Assembly: GCA_963665665.1 (NCBI GenBank)
Contig: OY762428.1
Span: 4,832,001-4,896,000, forward strand
Length of the DNA: 64,000 nucleotides
From: Candidatus Kapaibacterium sp.
GTDB taxonomy: Bacteria > Bacteroidota > Ignavibacteria > Kapaibacteriales > UBA2268
Direction of reading: 5' to 3'
A program made the position numbers and the translations under genes. The notes beneath the pieces are model-generated. The model worked only from the letters and a program-made list of their open reading frames with translations. It did not search any database and was not told the origin of the DNA. Below, one piece after another: positions 1 through 10,017 of the stretch. Every line of letters starts with the position of its first letter. Position 1 is the stretch's first letter.

Positions 1-2
1 GT

Positions 3-281
3 GGCCATGTTAGTGAACAATATATTTCATATACCGCAAAAAAAGATAAACCAATCAAAAATATTAAAAATATTTTAAATTTTTGCGGAACCCCTAAATC
101 AAGAAAAGAAATTCTTGAACACTTTGGATTATCTAATCACACAAAAAATTATAAAAAATATCTGGAACCCCTTCTAAACCAAGAATTAATTAGGAGAACA
201 ATTCCTGATAAACCCAAAAGTAGTAAGCAAAAATATATTATCAGTGAAAAAGGTATAAAAATACTCGGAAATAACTATTGA
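3..281 (+). CDS. 3' end of a gene running in from the left edge; winged-helix C-terminal domain of the type found on Fic-like and AlbA/RecG-C-like proteins (partial)
   Basis: Frame +3 is open from 3 to TGA at 279-281 and reads ...ILNFCGTPKSRKEILEHFGLSNHTKNYKKYLEPLLNQELIRRTIPDKPKSSKQKY...; TIPDKPxSxxQKY is characteristic. Not in the ORF track. Confidence 0.7.
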   Translation, partial: GHVSEQYISYTAKKDKPIKNIKNILNFCGTPKSRKEILEHFGLSNHTKNYKKYLEPLLNQELIRRTIPDKPKSSKQKYIISEKGIKILGNNY

Positions 282-303
282 AAAATATTAAATTAGATAT
301 AAA

Positions 304-2352
304 ATGAAACCATTAAAAATTGCCTTCTTATGGCATACTCATCAACCGGACTATAAATCAGGTAATGAATTTCTCCTTCCCTGGGTACGTTTTCACGGAA
401 TAAAAGATTATTACGATATTCCTGCCATTCTCAATGAATTTCCAAAAATAAAACAGACTTTCAATATCGTTCCTTCTTTATTTAAACAAATCGATGAATA
501 TATTGAATGTACAACTCTTGATCAGGTTCAAAAATTAACATATATTTCTGCTGAAAACCTGACAGAACAGGAAAAATATAAAATAATTGACAGCTTTTTT
601 ACCTGCAATCTTGATAATATGATAAAACCATATCCAAGATATCTTGAATTATATGAAAAATCAAAAAACAAAGATGAAGCTATAAAATCATTATCTCCTC
701 AGGATTGGACAGATATCCAGACATGGTATAATTTAACATGGTTTGGCCCAATATCCAGAAAAGAGCCAATGGTTAGAAGATTGATACAAAAAGGGAAGAA
801 TTTCTCTGAGTCAGAAAAATTGATAGCATTAAAAAAAGGGAAAGAAGTCCTAAAGCGTATAGTATCCAATTTTGAAGAATTGATAACCTTAGGGCAGGTT
901 GAGCTAAGTGTTTCTCCGATGTATCATCCGATACTACCTTTGCTTATAGATTCTGATATTGCCCGAGAATCACTCCCGGGCAGAAAATTGCCACAACCAA
1001 GATTTAACTACCCGGAAGATGCTGAAATTCAAGTTAAAAATGCGTTAGGCTTCTATGACGAAATGTTTTCCGAATTTCCTGACGGAATGTGGCCTTCCGA
1101 AGGTTCTGTCTCAGACGAAACATTAAAATTGCTGTCTTCCTGTGGAATAAAATGGGCTGCAACAGATGAAGCTATATTATCAAAATCTGTCGGGCCGTCA
1201 TTCAAACCAACTGAAAAATTTTTCCCGAGGTGCTTCAACACAGGTTCAAATGAAATAACTTTGCTTTTCAGAGATCATTTTCTGTCGGACAGAATAGGTT
1301 TTACATATTCGTCGTGGAATTCTGAAGATGCAGCTAATGATTTTATCTATCACTTAAATAAAATTCGAGAAGAAATAATAAAGATTCACGGTGAGGATTC
1401 CCTGGACCATGCTGTTGTGCCAGTGATTCTTGATGGCGAAAACTGCTGGGAGTTTTATCCTGAGAATGGCCTGCCCTTCCTCAGGAATTTGTATTCTAAG
1501 TTAATTAATAATGAAAGATTGACTACAGTTACATGTTTTGAGGCATGTTCGGACAGTCATGATAAATATTTGCCAACATTGGATCATATTTTTCCGGGTT
1601 CCTGGATTGATTCCAATTTCAGTATCTGGATTGGGCAGGAAGAAGACAGGCTCGCGTGGGAAATGCTCGGCAGGGCAAGAAAAGAAGTTGAAAACAGGAG
1701 AGACAACATAAGTTCTGAAAAAATCAACAGAACTATGGAAGAAATATATATTGCCGAGGGCAGCGATTGGTTCTGGTGGTACGGGGACGAACATCAGGCT
1801 CCGAATAAAGATGATTTTGATATTATGTTCAGAAATCATATTAAAAATATTTATGAATTAATAAACCTTCCTGTTCCTGATGATGTCCTTAAACCAATCG
1901 GAAGGAAAATAACTACTGAGACACGGAAACAAAATGAACCGAAACAAATTGAGATTAACGGAAGATTAATTCCTGAAGACAAATGGGACAAGGCAGGTTA
2001 TTTCTCAGCTTCAGGTGAACAATCTTCAATGCACAGGAGCGGTGAAATATTCAGGGGGCTTTATTACTATTTTATTAATAATAAGTTGTTCATAAGGCCC
2101 GAGATAAAAAATCAGTTATCGGAAGATGATGTTTTAAGGATAATTTTCCGAAGCGGAGAGTTCTTTGAATTGAAGGCGTCAGGAATATCTTATTCTGATA
2201 GCCTGGATTCCGTTATCTTTGCCAATTCTGAAGTAACCGAAATTGGAATATTCTTCACTGAAAGAATTGAAAATATTTCCATTGCCATAGAAACAGTATC
2301 GGTTAATAATAAATACAGATACCCTGCATCAGGTATGGCAGAATTAAAGTAA
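304..2352 (+). CDS. Glycoside hydrolase family 57 (amylopullulanase-like)
   Basis: GH57 motifs WHTHQP, HPILPL, WPSEG (nucleophile), ILDGENCWE (acid/base), AEGSDWFWW. Confidence 0.92.
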   Translation: MKPLKIAFLWHTHQPDYKSGNEFLLPWVRFHGIKDYYDIPAILNEFPKIKQTFNIVPSLFKQIDEYIECTTLDQVQKLTYISAENLTEQEKYKIIDSFFTCNLDNMIKPYPRYLELYEKSKNKDEAIKSLSPQDWTDIQTWYNLTWFGPISRKEPMVRRLIQKGKNFSESEKLIALKKGKEVLKRIVSNFEELITLGQVELSVSPMYHPILPLLIDSDIARESLPGRKLPQPRFNYPEDAEIQVKNALGFYDEMFSEFPDGMWPSEGSVSDETLKLLSSCGIKWAATDEAILSKSVGPSFKPTEKFFPRCFNTGSNEITLLFRDHFLSDRIGFTYSSWNSEDAANDFIYHLNKIREEIIKIHGEDSLDHAVVPVILDGENCWEFYPENGLPFLRNLYSKLINNERLTTVTCFEACSDSHDKYLPTLDHIFPGSWIDSNFSIWIGQEEDRLAWEMLGRARKEVENRRDNISSEKINRTMEEIYIAEGSDWFWWYGDEHQAPNKDDFDIMFRNHIKNIYELINLPVPDDVLKPIGRKITTETRKQNEPKQIEINGRLIPEDKWDKAGYFSASGEQSSMHRSGEIFRGLYYYFINNKLFIRPEIKNQLSEDDVLRIIFRSGEFFELKASGISYSDSLDSVIFANSEVTEIGIFFTERIENISIAIETVSVNNKYRYPASGMAELK

Positions 2353-2368
2353 ACTGCCATACCTGATG
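2327..2368. terminator. Hairpin between convergent genes, overlapping the GH57 stop codon
   Basis: 15-bp perfect inverted repeat CATCAGGTATGGCAG ... CTGCCATACCTGATG. Confidence 0.6.
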
Positions 2369-2378
2369 TACAAAAACA

Positions 2379-4652
2379 TTAGTGCAAAACTGTAAATCGG
2401 GTTGTATACATTCCGGAATCTGTATCAATTTTCACAAAATAAACTCCCGTTGGCAATTTTGATATGTTTACAGATATTTCATTACCCGTATTTGTAATCT
2501 GAGACTTTTTTAGAACAATATCACCCAATGAATTCGAAATAATAATTTTAGCGGAACTTCCATCAGCACCTGAAATAGAGAAATTAACAACATCATACGC
2601 AGGATTCGGATATGAAGTAATATTAGAAATCTCGTTTGTCTCATCAACAACAGAATTTATTCCGGCAGTGTTTTCCATCCCTGGTGTAGGGCTCATAAAA
2701 TCAAAGGAGCCAACCCCATTTGGATACCTGCCAAAGCTAATATCGGTTTCCTGGCTTTCCCAAGATATATAGTCTATAACTGCCATCTCGTTATTACTAA
2801 GAGTCAGAGATTCTCCTGATCCGGATAATTTAAAGTTTGCATGCAATTCACCCTGCTTACCATCTTCATCAGCCCATATAACGAGGTATTCATCCGGATT
2901 GATAGTTACAGCCGGCAAATCCCATTTATCAGGATTATCTTCACTGTCGGTAAGATACCATCCTTCAAGCGAAACGGGATCACTGCCTGTATTATAAAGT
3001 TCAATCCAGTCGTCAAATTCATCTTCTTCATCGGAAATAGTATTATCATTTTTAGCGAGCAACTCATTTATTACTATACCGGATTCGGCCATAAATTCTG
3101 TTTCAATTGTGTAATATTCATAAGCTGCCCTGGCAGGTGAAAATATGCCGGCTTCATTGTTTTCGGCGTAAATGTAGTATTGAATATCAGCAGTGCCGGA
3201 AATTATTTCTCCGCCAAAGATACCATCGTTTGCATCTCCGTCATCATGCTGCCCGTCGTCATACAATTCTGAAATTGAATATTTTTGGTGTTCATTGTTC
3301 CGATGGGCAATAAAAGCATAATCAGCATTTTCAATTTTAACTGATATACTCACAGACTCATTCTGTGAAGGTTTTTCGGGTGAGTATTCAATGTTGTTGA
3401 TGATTGGCTGTTCCGCTTTAAATTCACCAACTCCGCTCAAAAAATCAACCCGATAATCCATTAATTGTTTTATTCCTATCATTGACTGCGGCCCCATACC
3501 GACCTGGTCGGTGATATTGCTTTCAAAAGAAGCAATGTTATAGAATTTATTATTATCCTGGATTAGATCAGCTTTAATAATATCCTGAAAATAATAAGCC
3601 CTTTCGAGATATTTGTCGTTTTCAAAGTATTCTTCGATCATTGTTCTCATGTGTGCAACATACATTCTTTTATATCTGGGAATTTCTAACACTTTTTTCA
3701 CGATCGGGTAGTTATTGTTCGATTCATTTAAAAATGGATTCAGCTGCTGCAGGCCACTGGTATTGAGCGGTGGCCCATCCAATAAATTTGCAAAGCAACC
3801 AAAAGATTCATTGAAATCCCAGGGGATAATCTGGAATTGCCCGTTTCCTGATTGATAAAGATAAAAATTATGTGCGAAATTTATCGGTGCATCCAGGTTT
3901 ACTGTCAGATTATCGAATGCTATTTTCCATAAGTGCCGGTCGACATTATAGCTATTCTCCATATTATCCGGATCATTGTTAAAAGTATCTAGGAAATCTA
4001 TCAATTCTTTCCAGCCATAATCAGAACGAAGTTCGTAGTAGGAAGTATAATCCGAGGAATCTTCCTCAAAATATCCCATAGAAGAAACTACCTGCTGAGA
4101 ATTCCCAACTAACTCGCCCTTGAAAGCAGGATTATCCCTGCTGCCGAAATGTGAGTCGTAAAAATATTTATCTACTGATTGAACTGATGTATAAACTCCG
4201 ATATAATCGTCATTTATATATACTTTTGCATAATTTGCCATTGGGGCAGGAAAATAGTTTCTTGCAATCTCATAGGCAAGAATCTCTCGCACAATTGTGG
4301 GATCCTTATATCCGTTTGATAGCTTCAACGTCCCAAAGCCGTCAAGTTCCTGGTCATCAATTATATGATCAAGCTTAATATTCAGAGGGTTTTTCTTATT
4401 CTGAGGCCTGTAACTGCTATTTCCCTTATACCTGACCCCAACACTGTCAAATTGTTCTCCATCAACATAGCAAGTAGCTATTAAGCGTTCTTCATCACCT
4501 GCCGAATAGAGATTATCCAATAGATCATCCCAGTTTTCCTGTTCAAAGTAAAGTTTTATTTCTGTTATTTTGCTAACCGAATAAAAGTCGTCTGCCTTGC
4601 TGTTCATCAATGGAATTAGCACTATTCCCATAAGGATAATCAATTTTTTCAT
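2379..4652 (-). CDS. Secreted CotH-family kinase with lamin-tail domain and T9SS C-terminal sorting domain
   Basis: Signal peptide; CotH motifs VGVRYKGNSS, HNFYLY, IPWDFNESFG; LYDDGQHDDGDANDGIFG Ca-type motif; VINELLA..DWIELYN lamin-tail domain; YPNPA...LPTGVYFV CTD. Confidence 0.88.
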   Translation of the reverse strand: MKKLIILMGIVLIPLMNSKADDFYSVSKITEIKLYFEQENWDDLLDNLYSAGDEERLIATCYVDGEQFDSVGVRYKGNSSYRPQNKKNPLNIKLDHIIDDQELDGFGTLKLSNGYKDPTIVREILAYEIARNYFPAPMANYAKVYINDDYIGVYTSVQSVDKYFYDSHFGSRDNPAFKGELVGNSQQVVSSMGYFEEDSSDYTSYYELRSDYGWKELIDFLDTFNNDPDNMENSYNVDRHLWKIAFDNLTVNLDAPINFAHNFYLYQSGNGQFQIIPWDFNESFGCFANLLDGPPLNTSGLQQLNPFLNESNNNYPIVKKVLEIPRYKRMYVAHMRTMIEEYFENDKYLERAYYFQDIIKADLIQDNNKFYNIASFESNITDQVGMGPQSMIGIKQLMDYRVDFLSGVGEFKAEQPIINNIEYSPEKPSQNESVSISVKIENADYAFIAHRNNEHQKYSISELYDDGQHDDGDANDGIFGGEIISGTADIQYYIYAENNEAGIFSPARAAYEYYTIETEFMAESGIVINELLAKNDNTISDEEDEFDDWIELYNTGSDPVSLEGWYLTDSEDNPDKWDLPAVTINPDEYLVIWADEDGKQGELHANFKLSGSGESLTLSNNEMAVIDYISWESQETDISFGRYPNGVGSFDFMSPTPGMENTAGINSVVDETNEISNITSYPNPAYDVVNFSISGADGSSAKIIISNSLGDIVLKKSQITNTGNEISVNISKLPTGVYFVKIDTDSGMYTTRFTVLH

Positions 4653-4789
4653 ATAAACTCCGCTTGTATAAAATTACTTTTATGCTGATTAGACAATAAA
4701 CAATTAAGAAAGTTTAATGCAAATATTTTTTTATAACATTTAATAATTATTATCTTTGTTATTTGATATTAACACCATCGGAGGTAAAA

Positions 4790-5476
4790 GTGAAGATTCA
4801 CAACCTGAAACAACTTGCATCAGTATTCGACCATACTAATCTCAGACCTGATGCTAACATTATGGCCATCTCCGACTTGTGCAGCGAGGCTGCTGATTTT
4901 GGTTTTGCTTCAGTATGTGTATTGCCATCATACGTTGAAAATGCTTACGACTTCCTGAAAGGTACCGATGTTAAAGTATGTACCGTAATAGGATTTCCAA
5001 TTGGAGGTACTTACGGCAAGGTAAAATTATTCGAAGCGGAAACTGCTGTTTTAAAAGGAGCTTCGGAACTTGATATGGTGATGAATATACCTGCATTTAA
5101 AAATCTGGATTACCAAACCGTCAGGGATGAGATAAAAAATATAACAGCACTCACAAAAGGACAGGACCTTATTGTAAAGGTGATTATCGAAACCTGCCTG
5201 CTGAATGAAAAGGAAAAAATCGCCGCCTGCAAAATCGTATCTGATTGCGGGGCTGATTTTATTAAAACATCAACCGGATTTTCCTGTGGTGGTGCAAATC
5301 TTGATGATATCGACCTTTTTAATAAATATCTTCCGCCTGATGTAAAAATAAAAGCTGCCGGAGGTATAAGAAAAGCTCACTTTGCTATCGACCTTCTTGA
5401 GGCAGGAGCAGACAGGATAGGCAGCAGCAGTTCTATTCAAATAATGAAAGAAGCTGAAAGCATTTTGATAAGATAG
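4790..5476 (+). CDS. deoC: Deoxyribose-phosphate aldolase (probable GTG start at 4790 after GGAGG; ORF track starts at 4763)
   Basis: DHTNL, CTVIGFP, ELDMV, KVIIET, FIKTSTGF, KAAGGIR, RIGSS motifs. Confidence 0.95.
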   Translation: MKIHNLKQLASVFDHTNLRPDANIMAISDLCSEAADFGFASVCVLPSYVENAYDFLKGTDVKVCTVIGFPIGGTYGKVKLFEAETAVLKGASELDMVMNIPAFKNLDYQTVRDEIKNITALTKGQDLIVKVIIETCLLNEKEKIAACKIVSDCGADFIKTSTGFSCGGANLDDIDLFNKYLPPDVKIKAAGGIRKAHFAIDLLEAGADRIGSSSSIQIMKEAESILIR

Positions 5477-5646
5477 TTACTTCCGTTACTAATAATGCCG
5501 ATAAATTTTTTTTGAATGCCGTTTTGGGGTAAACACGAATTTTTTAATTATTGTCTCATGATAATTATTAACCCCTAAAAACGTTTCTTTGGTTATCAAA
5601 ATTTTTGCAAATTGCATATTCGTAACTATGATAATGAAAGATTAAG

Positions 5647-6309
5647 ATGTTAGAATCGATTGTTGAGATATTACAAAATGTACCCTGGGGTTGGATATTA
5701 ATTATTGGCTTTGCCATGACTTTTCTTGAAAACGTTTTCCCGCCGGCTCCCTGCGATTCGATACTTGTTTTCACAGGCACTCTTGTTGGAATTGGTACAG
5801 TTGGCTTTATACCGCTATTATTAACGGCTACTCTTGGCTCTTCTCTCGGTTTCATATTTATGTTCTGGCTTGGCAGAAAGTTTGGTGTTTCAATTGTGGA
5901 TTCTGACAAAATGAGATTTATAAATTCAAAAACTCTTGAAAAACCAGAAGAACTTTTCCGGAAATACGGAGACATTATAATTGTTGCTAATAGATTTTTA
6001 TCTGGAAGCAGAGCTGTAATTTCTTTCTTTGCAGGAATATCCAAGCTGCCGGTAAATAAAACAATTGTGTTGTCAACTGTAAGTGCTCTTGTATGGAACG
6101 TCATCTTAATATATCTTGGCAAGCTTTTAGGAGGCAATTGGAGAGTAGTTCAGGACTATATGGATTCATACAGTAAAATACTTATTCCTTTAACAATATT
6201 GATCATAGCTGGATTCGTAATCAGATGGCTGATTCTCAGGAAGAGGAATTCCAACAGGAATGTTGATAGTGTTGGAAAAGTTGAAACAAAGCTATCAAAA
6301 AGAGCCTGA
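5647..6309 (+). CDS. DedA family membrane protein
   Basis: LENVFPPAP, FRKYG..IIVANRFLSGSR motifs and hydrophobic helices. Confidence 0.9.
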   Translation: MLESIVEILQNVPWGWILIIGFAMTFLENVFPPAPCDSILVFTGTLVGIGTVGFIPLLLTATLGSSLGFIFMFWLGRKFGVSIVDSDKMRFINSKTLEKPEELFRKYGDIIIVANRFLSGSRAVISFFAGISKLPVNKTIVLSTVSALVWNVILIYLGKLLGGNWRVVQDYMDSYSKILIPLTILIIAGFVIRWLILRKRNSNRNVDSVGKVETKLSKRA

Positions 6310-6524
6310 TAAACAAGTAGTAAGCCCATGCACTGGATAATTCATCAGATTAAACCGCAACTACACTTTTTACAGAAGTTTTTTTTTAATATGGCCTTTA
6401 AATCGATTATTAAAGTTTTTTCGAATCATAATTCAGCAGATTTCGGGTATTCTTCATCTTACCCTATCCGACTGAAAATTGCATTTCATTTAGCTTTTGG
6501 TGTTGATTATTCCAGATAAAAACA

Positions 6525-6557
6525 CTGTAAACCGGTAGTTTAACTGCCAGTTTACAG
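6525..6557. terminator. Hairpin downstream of the chemosensory operon (convergent with dedA)
   Basis: CTGTAAAC-cggtagtt/aactgcca-GTTTACAG inverted repeat. Confidence 0.5.
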
Positions 6558-6579
6558 ATATTTTAAAAAAAAATGATAC

Positions 6580-6981
6580 TTACGCTTGTGGTAAAAGATC
6601 CAGATCCATCAGCATATTCACAATTTTATCTTTTTCGATAGGCTTGATAATATAGCCTTCGCACTGATTGCTGAATGCTTTTCTCAGGTTATCAAAATCA
6701 CTAAGCGCGGTGGCCATAATTATATTAACACCGTCGAGGCCTTTTACCTGGTTGTCTTCTTCGAACTGCCTGATTTGTTTAAGAACTTCCTGGCCATCCA
6801 TTTCCGGCATCATAATATCAAGAAGAATCAATTCAAAAGGATCGCCTGAAGAATATGCCTCCTTGAATTTATCAATAGCCTGCCTGCCATCTTCAGCAAT
6901 ATCCGCTTCTCCAAACCCGGTCATTATCTCATAAACAACCTGGGAAGTGATATAGTCGTCTTCTACAATTAATGTTTTCAT
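6580..6981 (-). CDS. Single-domain CheY-like response regulator
   Basis: LIVEDD, LLDIMMPEMDG, ATA, YIIKP; 133 aa with no output domain. Confidence 0.9.
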   Translation of the reverse strand: MKTLIVEDDYITSQVVYEIMTGFGEADIAEDGRQAIDKFKEAYSSGDPFELILLDIMMPEMDGQEVLKQIRQFEEDNQVKGLDGVNIIMATALSDFDNLRKAFSNQCEGYIIKPIEKDKIVNMLMDLDLLPQA

Positions 6982-7011
6982 ATCTGACCTATAGTGAAAA
7001 ATTGAATAATA

Positions 7012-8931
7012 TTAATTTTTTTGTATCGAATTTATCTTGTCCGTCAAATAAAATTCAAGAAGTTTCAATTCGTTGTACAGCACGAAAATTATTTTTTTAA
7101 TCTTTTTAATTTCCCAGTCTTCCTTTACATTTTGCAGTTCAAATGCCAGGTTGTAGGCATTTTCGGCTCCGAAATGGCCAATTTCAGATTTCAATTTATG
7201 TGCTGTGGAGCTAATGCCATTAAAATCTCTTTGCGAAAGGAATTTCTCCAGTTTTTTTATCTCATTTTTATAATTGTCAATAAAATATGATGCAATCTTC
7301 ACAAAAACATCAGGTTTTTGGTTCAGAGATTCCATTAATTTATCAATATTGGCAACATGTTCCATTCTGCCGGACCTGACAATAACCTTATGATAAAGAT
7401 TATGCCACTTGAATGGTTTCGAAATATAATCATCCATTCCGGCATCAATACATTTCTGTTTATGACGCTCACCTGCATGAGCGGTTATCCCGATAATTGG
7501 AACATGTTTTCCGTTAATTTCTTCTAATTCCCTTATGTGCTTAGTAGCAACAAGGCCATCCATATCAGGCATTTGCACATCCATAAGAATAATGTCAAAA
7601 TCATTCTTTTTATATTCCTCCAAAGCCTCAATACCATTGTTGGCAAAATTTACATCCCAGTTTTTTGCCTCCAGAGCTTCTTTTATTACTTCCCTGTTAA
7701 TATAACTGTCCTCAACAAGTAATATTCTTATGGTTGTATCAGGAAATATTTCAACAGATTTTTTAAAATTTGAGCCGGCATTCAATTCCTCAATTTCAAT
7801 AGTGGATTTTTTCGCGGCAGAAACTTTTAAAGGAATAATAAGATTGAAAGTAGCGCCCTGATCCGGATTATTCTTAACTTCAATTTTTCCTTCCAGCCTG
7901 TCCACAATTTCCTTTGTTATTGTTAGCCCAAGCCCGACGCCGCCATACTTCCTTGTCAATGTACCGTCAATCTGGCTAAAACTTTTGAATAGTTGATTAA
8001 TTTGGCCTTCGGGAATCCCAATACCTGTATCAGAAATTGTGAAAGACAGAACGATCTTATTATCTTTCCTTTCAACAATTCTTATTGAAAAGTCAATTTT
8101 TCCCTTGTCAGTGAATTTTACTGCATTACCGATTACATTGTGCAGGGCCTGCTCAAGCCTTCTAGCATCTGTTATCAAATAAGTCGGGATATTTTCATCT
8201 ACGTTTAAATTGAATTCAAGGTTTTTCCTGTCGGTGTTTTGTTTCATAATGTTATATACATTTTGAATTGCATCATGAAAATTAAACCTATAGTTATGAA
8301 TTACAAATTCATCAGAATTTATTATGGTAAAATCAAGTATATCGTTGATAATTTTCAAAAGATTATCAGCAGAATATTTTACCATGTTTAAAAATTTCTT
8401 CTGTTTATCGTCAAGTTTCGTATCAAGCAAGATACTTGTAAACCCGAGAATACCGTTCATCGGAGTTCTAAGCTCGTGGGAGACCTTGGCCAGGAAAAGA
8501 TTCTTTGCCTCGTTTTCAGCTTCGGCAGCTTCTTTGTCCATCACAAGTTTTAATGACTTAAACACTTTGTCGAGAGCTTTTAATATTGTATCTCTTTGAA
8601 TCGGTTTTATAATAAATTGATTTATACCAATATTTATTGCATCGAGCAGAGTGTTTTTATTGTCCAGAGCTGTTGTTAAAATAATCAGGGCGTCTTTATT
8701 TATTTCCTTTATATTCCGGGACATATCCAGGCCATTCATCTTTGGCATATCAATATCGGTAACGACTACATCCGGCAAATGTTCTTTATATAATTGAAGG
8801 CCTTCATAGCCATTTTCAGCAACAAATATTTCTTTTACTTTTGTTTTAACAAGAGTTGACATAAAAATTCTTGAAGGCATATCGTCTTCAACAATCAAAA
8901 CAGAACCTGGAAATTTTTCTTTTTCAGTCAT
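7012..8931 (-). CDS. Cytoplasmic hybrid histidine kinase REC-HisKA-HATPase-REC-HPt
   Basis: N-terminal REC (VEDD, TDIDMP), SHELRTPMN H-box, NAVKFT, DTGIG, GVGLGL, second REC (MDVQMP), C-terminal AHKLKS HPt; no TM or sensor domain. Confidence 0.9.
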   Translation of the reverse strand: MTEKEKFPGSVLIVEDDMPSRIFMSTLVKTKVKEIFVAENGYEGLQLYKEHLPDVVVTDIDMPKMNGLDMSRNIKEINKDALIILTTALDNKNTLLDAINIGINQFIIKPIQRDTILKALDKVFKSLKLVMDKEAAEAENEAKNLFLAKVSHELRTPMNGILGFTSILLDTKLDDKQKKFLNMVKYSADNLLKIINDILDFTIINSDEFVIHNYRFNFHDAIQNVYNIMKQNTDRKNLEFNLNVDENIPTYLITDARRLEQALHNVIGNAVKFTDKGKIDFSIRIVERKDNKIVLSFTISDTGIGIPEGQINQLFKSFSQIDGTLTRKYGGVGLGLTITKEIVDRLEGKIEVKNNPDQGATFNLIIPLKVSAAKKSTIEIEELNAGSNFKKSVEIFPDTTIRILLVEDSYINREVIKEALEAKNWDVNFANNGIEALEEYKKNDFDIILMDVQMPDMDGLVATKHIRELEEINGKHVPIIGITAHAGERHKQKCIDAGMDDYISKPFKWHNLYHKVIVRSGRMEHVANIDKLMESLNQKPDVFVKIASYFIDNYKNEIKKLEKFLSQRDFNGISSTAHKLKSEIGHFGAENAYNLAFELQNVKEDWEIKKIKKIIFVLYNELKLLEFYLTDKINSIQKN

Positions 8932-8942
8932 TTTAAAAATTA

Positions 8943-10004
8943 TTATTTGGTTACAATATTGATTAATCCTGCAGCAATTTTCTCGATAGGCAGTTGCCTG
9001 TCCACAGCCCCGTACTGGTATGCAACCTTTGGCATTCCGTAAACAACCGATGTTGATTCATCCTGGCCAAGTGTCCTGGCACCGTTTTTCTTCATTAAAA
9101 GCAACCCTGCCGCACCATCTTTTCCCATACCGGTTAATATCACACCATAAGCATTTGCCCCTACATGTTTGGCAACAGAATTCATCATAATATCAACTGA
9201 AGGCCTGTGCCCGTTTACTTTTTCATCCTGATTGAGTTTTATTATATATTGGCCTCCGGAACGCACAACTGTCAGGTGATAATCGCCGGGAGCAATAAAT
9301 ACTTTTCCGTTAATAATTCTGTCATCTTCTTCAGCTTCCTTTACATGCATCATAGCAGATTCATTCAGCCGGTCAGCAAAAGTTTTTGTAAAGCCGGCAG
9401 GCATGTGCTGAGTAATAACAATGCCGGGCGTTGTAGGGGGGAGCGGGTCAATAACTCTTTTTATTGCTTCAGTTCCTCCGGTTGAGGCACCAATGGCAAT
9501 TACCTTGTCAGTTGATTCAGAAAGAGCACTTGTCTTGCCAATTGTATCTTTCAGAGAAGAACTTACAGGCCTTTTATTTTTCCAATGAGCAACCGAAGCA
9601 GAAGAAGCAATCTTTATTTTGGTTCTCAGTTCCATCATCATTTTACTTAAGCCCCTTGCAACATCCGAGGATGGTTTGGGAACAAAATCCACAGCTCCTG
9701 CTTCGAGTGCCTGCATTGTGATCTTTTTACCTTTTTGCGTAAGCGAGCTAACCACAACAACGGGCAAAGGATATTGTGGCATCAGGCGTCTGAGGAATTC
9801 CACACCGTCCATTCTTGGCATTTCAATATCAAGAGTCAACACATTAGGTTTCAGTTGTACAATTTTATCTCTGCCAATATAAACATCCGGAGCCGTACCA
9901 ACTACTTCAATCCCCGGATCAATTGAAAGCCCCTTAGAGAGAATATCTCTCACCAAAGCAGAATCGTCAATAATAAGAACTTTTATTTTTTTATTCAGAT
10001 TCAA
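8943..10004 (-). CDS. cheB: Chemotaxis methylesterase CheB (REC + methylesterase)
   Basis: TLDIEMP; IGASTGG, QHMP, HRPSVD, LTGMGKDGA, VVYGMP. Confidence 0.97.
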   Translation of the reverse strand: MNLNKKIKVLIIDDSALVRDILSKGLSIDPGIEVVGTAPDVYIGRDKIVQLKPNVLTLDIEMPRMDGVEFLRRLMPQYPLPVVVVSSLTQKGKKITMQALEAGAVDFVPKPSSDVARGLSKMMMELRTKIKIASSASVAHWKNKRPVSSSLKDTIGKTSALSESTDKVIAIGASTGGTEAIKRVIDPLPPTTPGIVITQHMPAGFTKTFADRLNESAMMHVKEAEEDDRIINGKVFIAPGDYHLTVVRSGGQYIIKLNQDEKVNGHRPSVDIMMNSVAKHVGANAYGVILTGMGKDGAAGLLLMKKNGARTLGQDESTSVVYGMPKVAYQYGAVDRQLPIEKIAAGLINIVTK

Positions 10005-10017
10005 TCATTACTCCGTA

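Noticed and set aside
5568-6137. 189-aa antisense ORF over dedA (and the many similar short shadow ORFs)
   Set aside because: They lie opposite or inside well-supported genes and show no recognisable motifs
6328-6519. 63-aa ORF between dedA and the response regulator
   Set aside because: No RBS or motif; lies in AT-rich intergenic sequence between convergent genes
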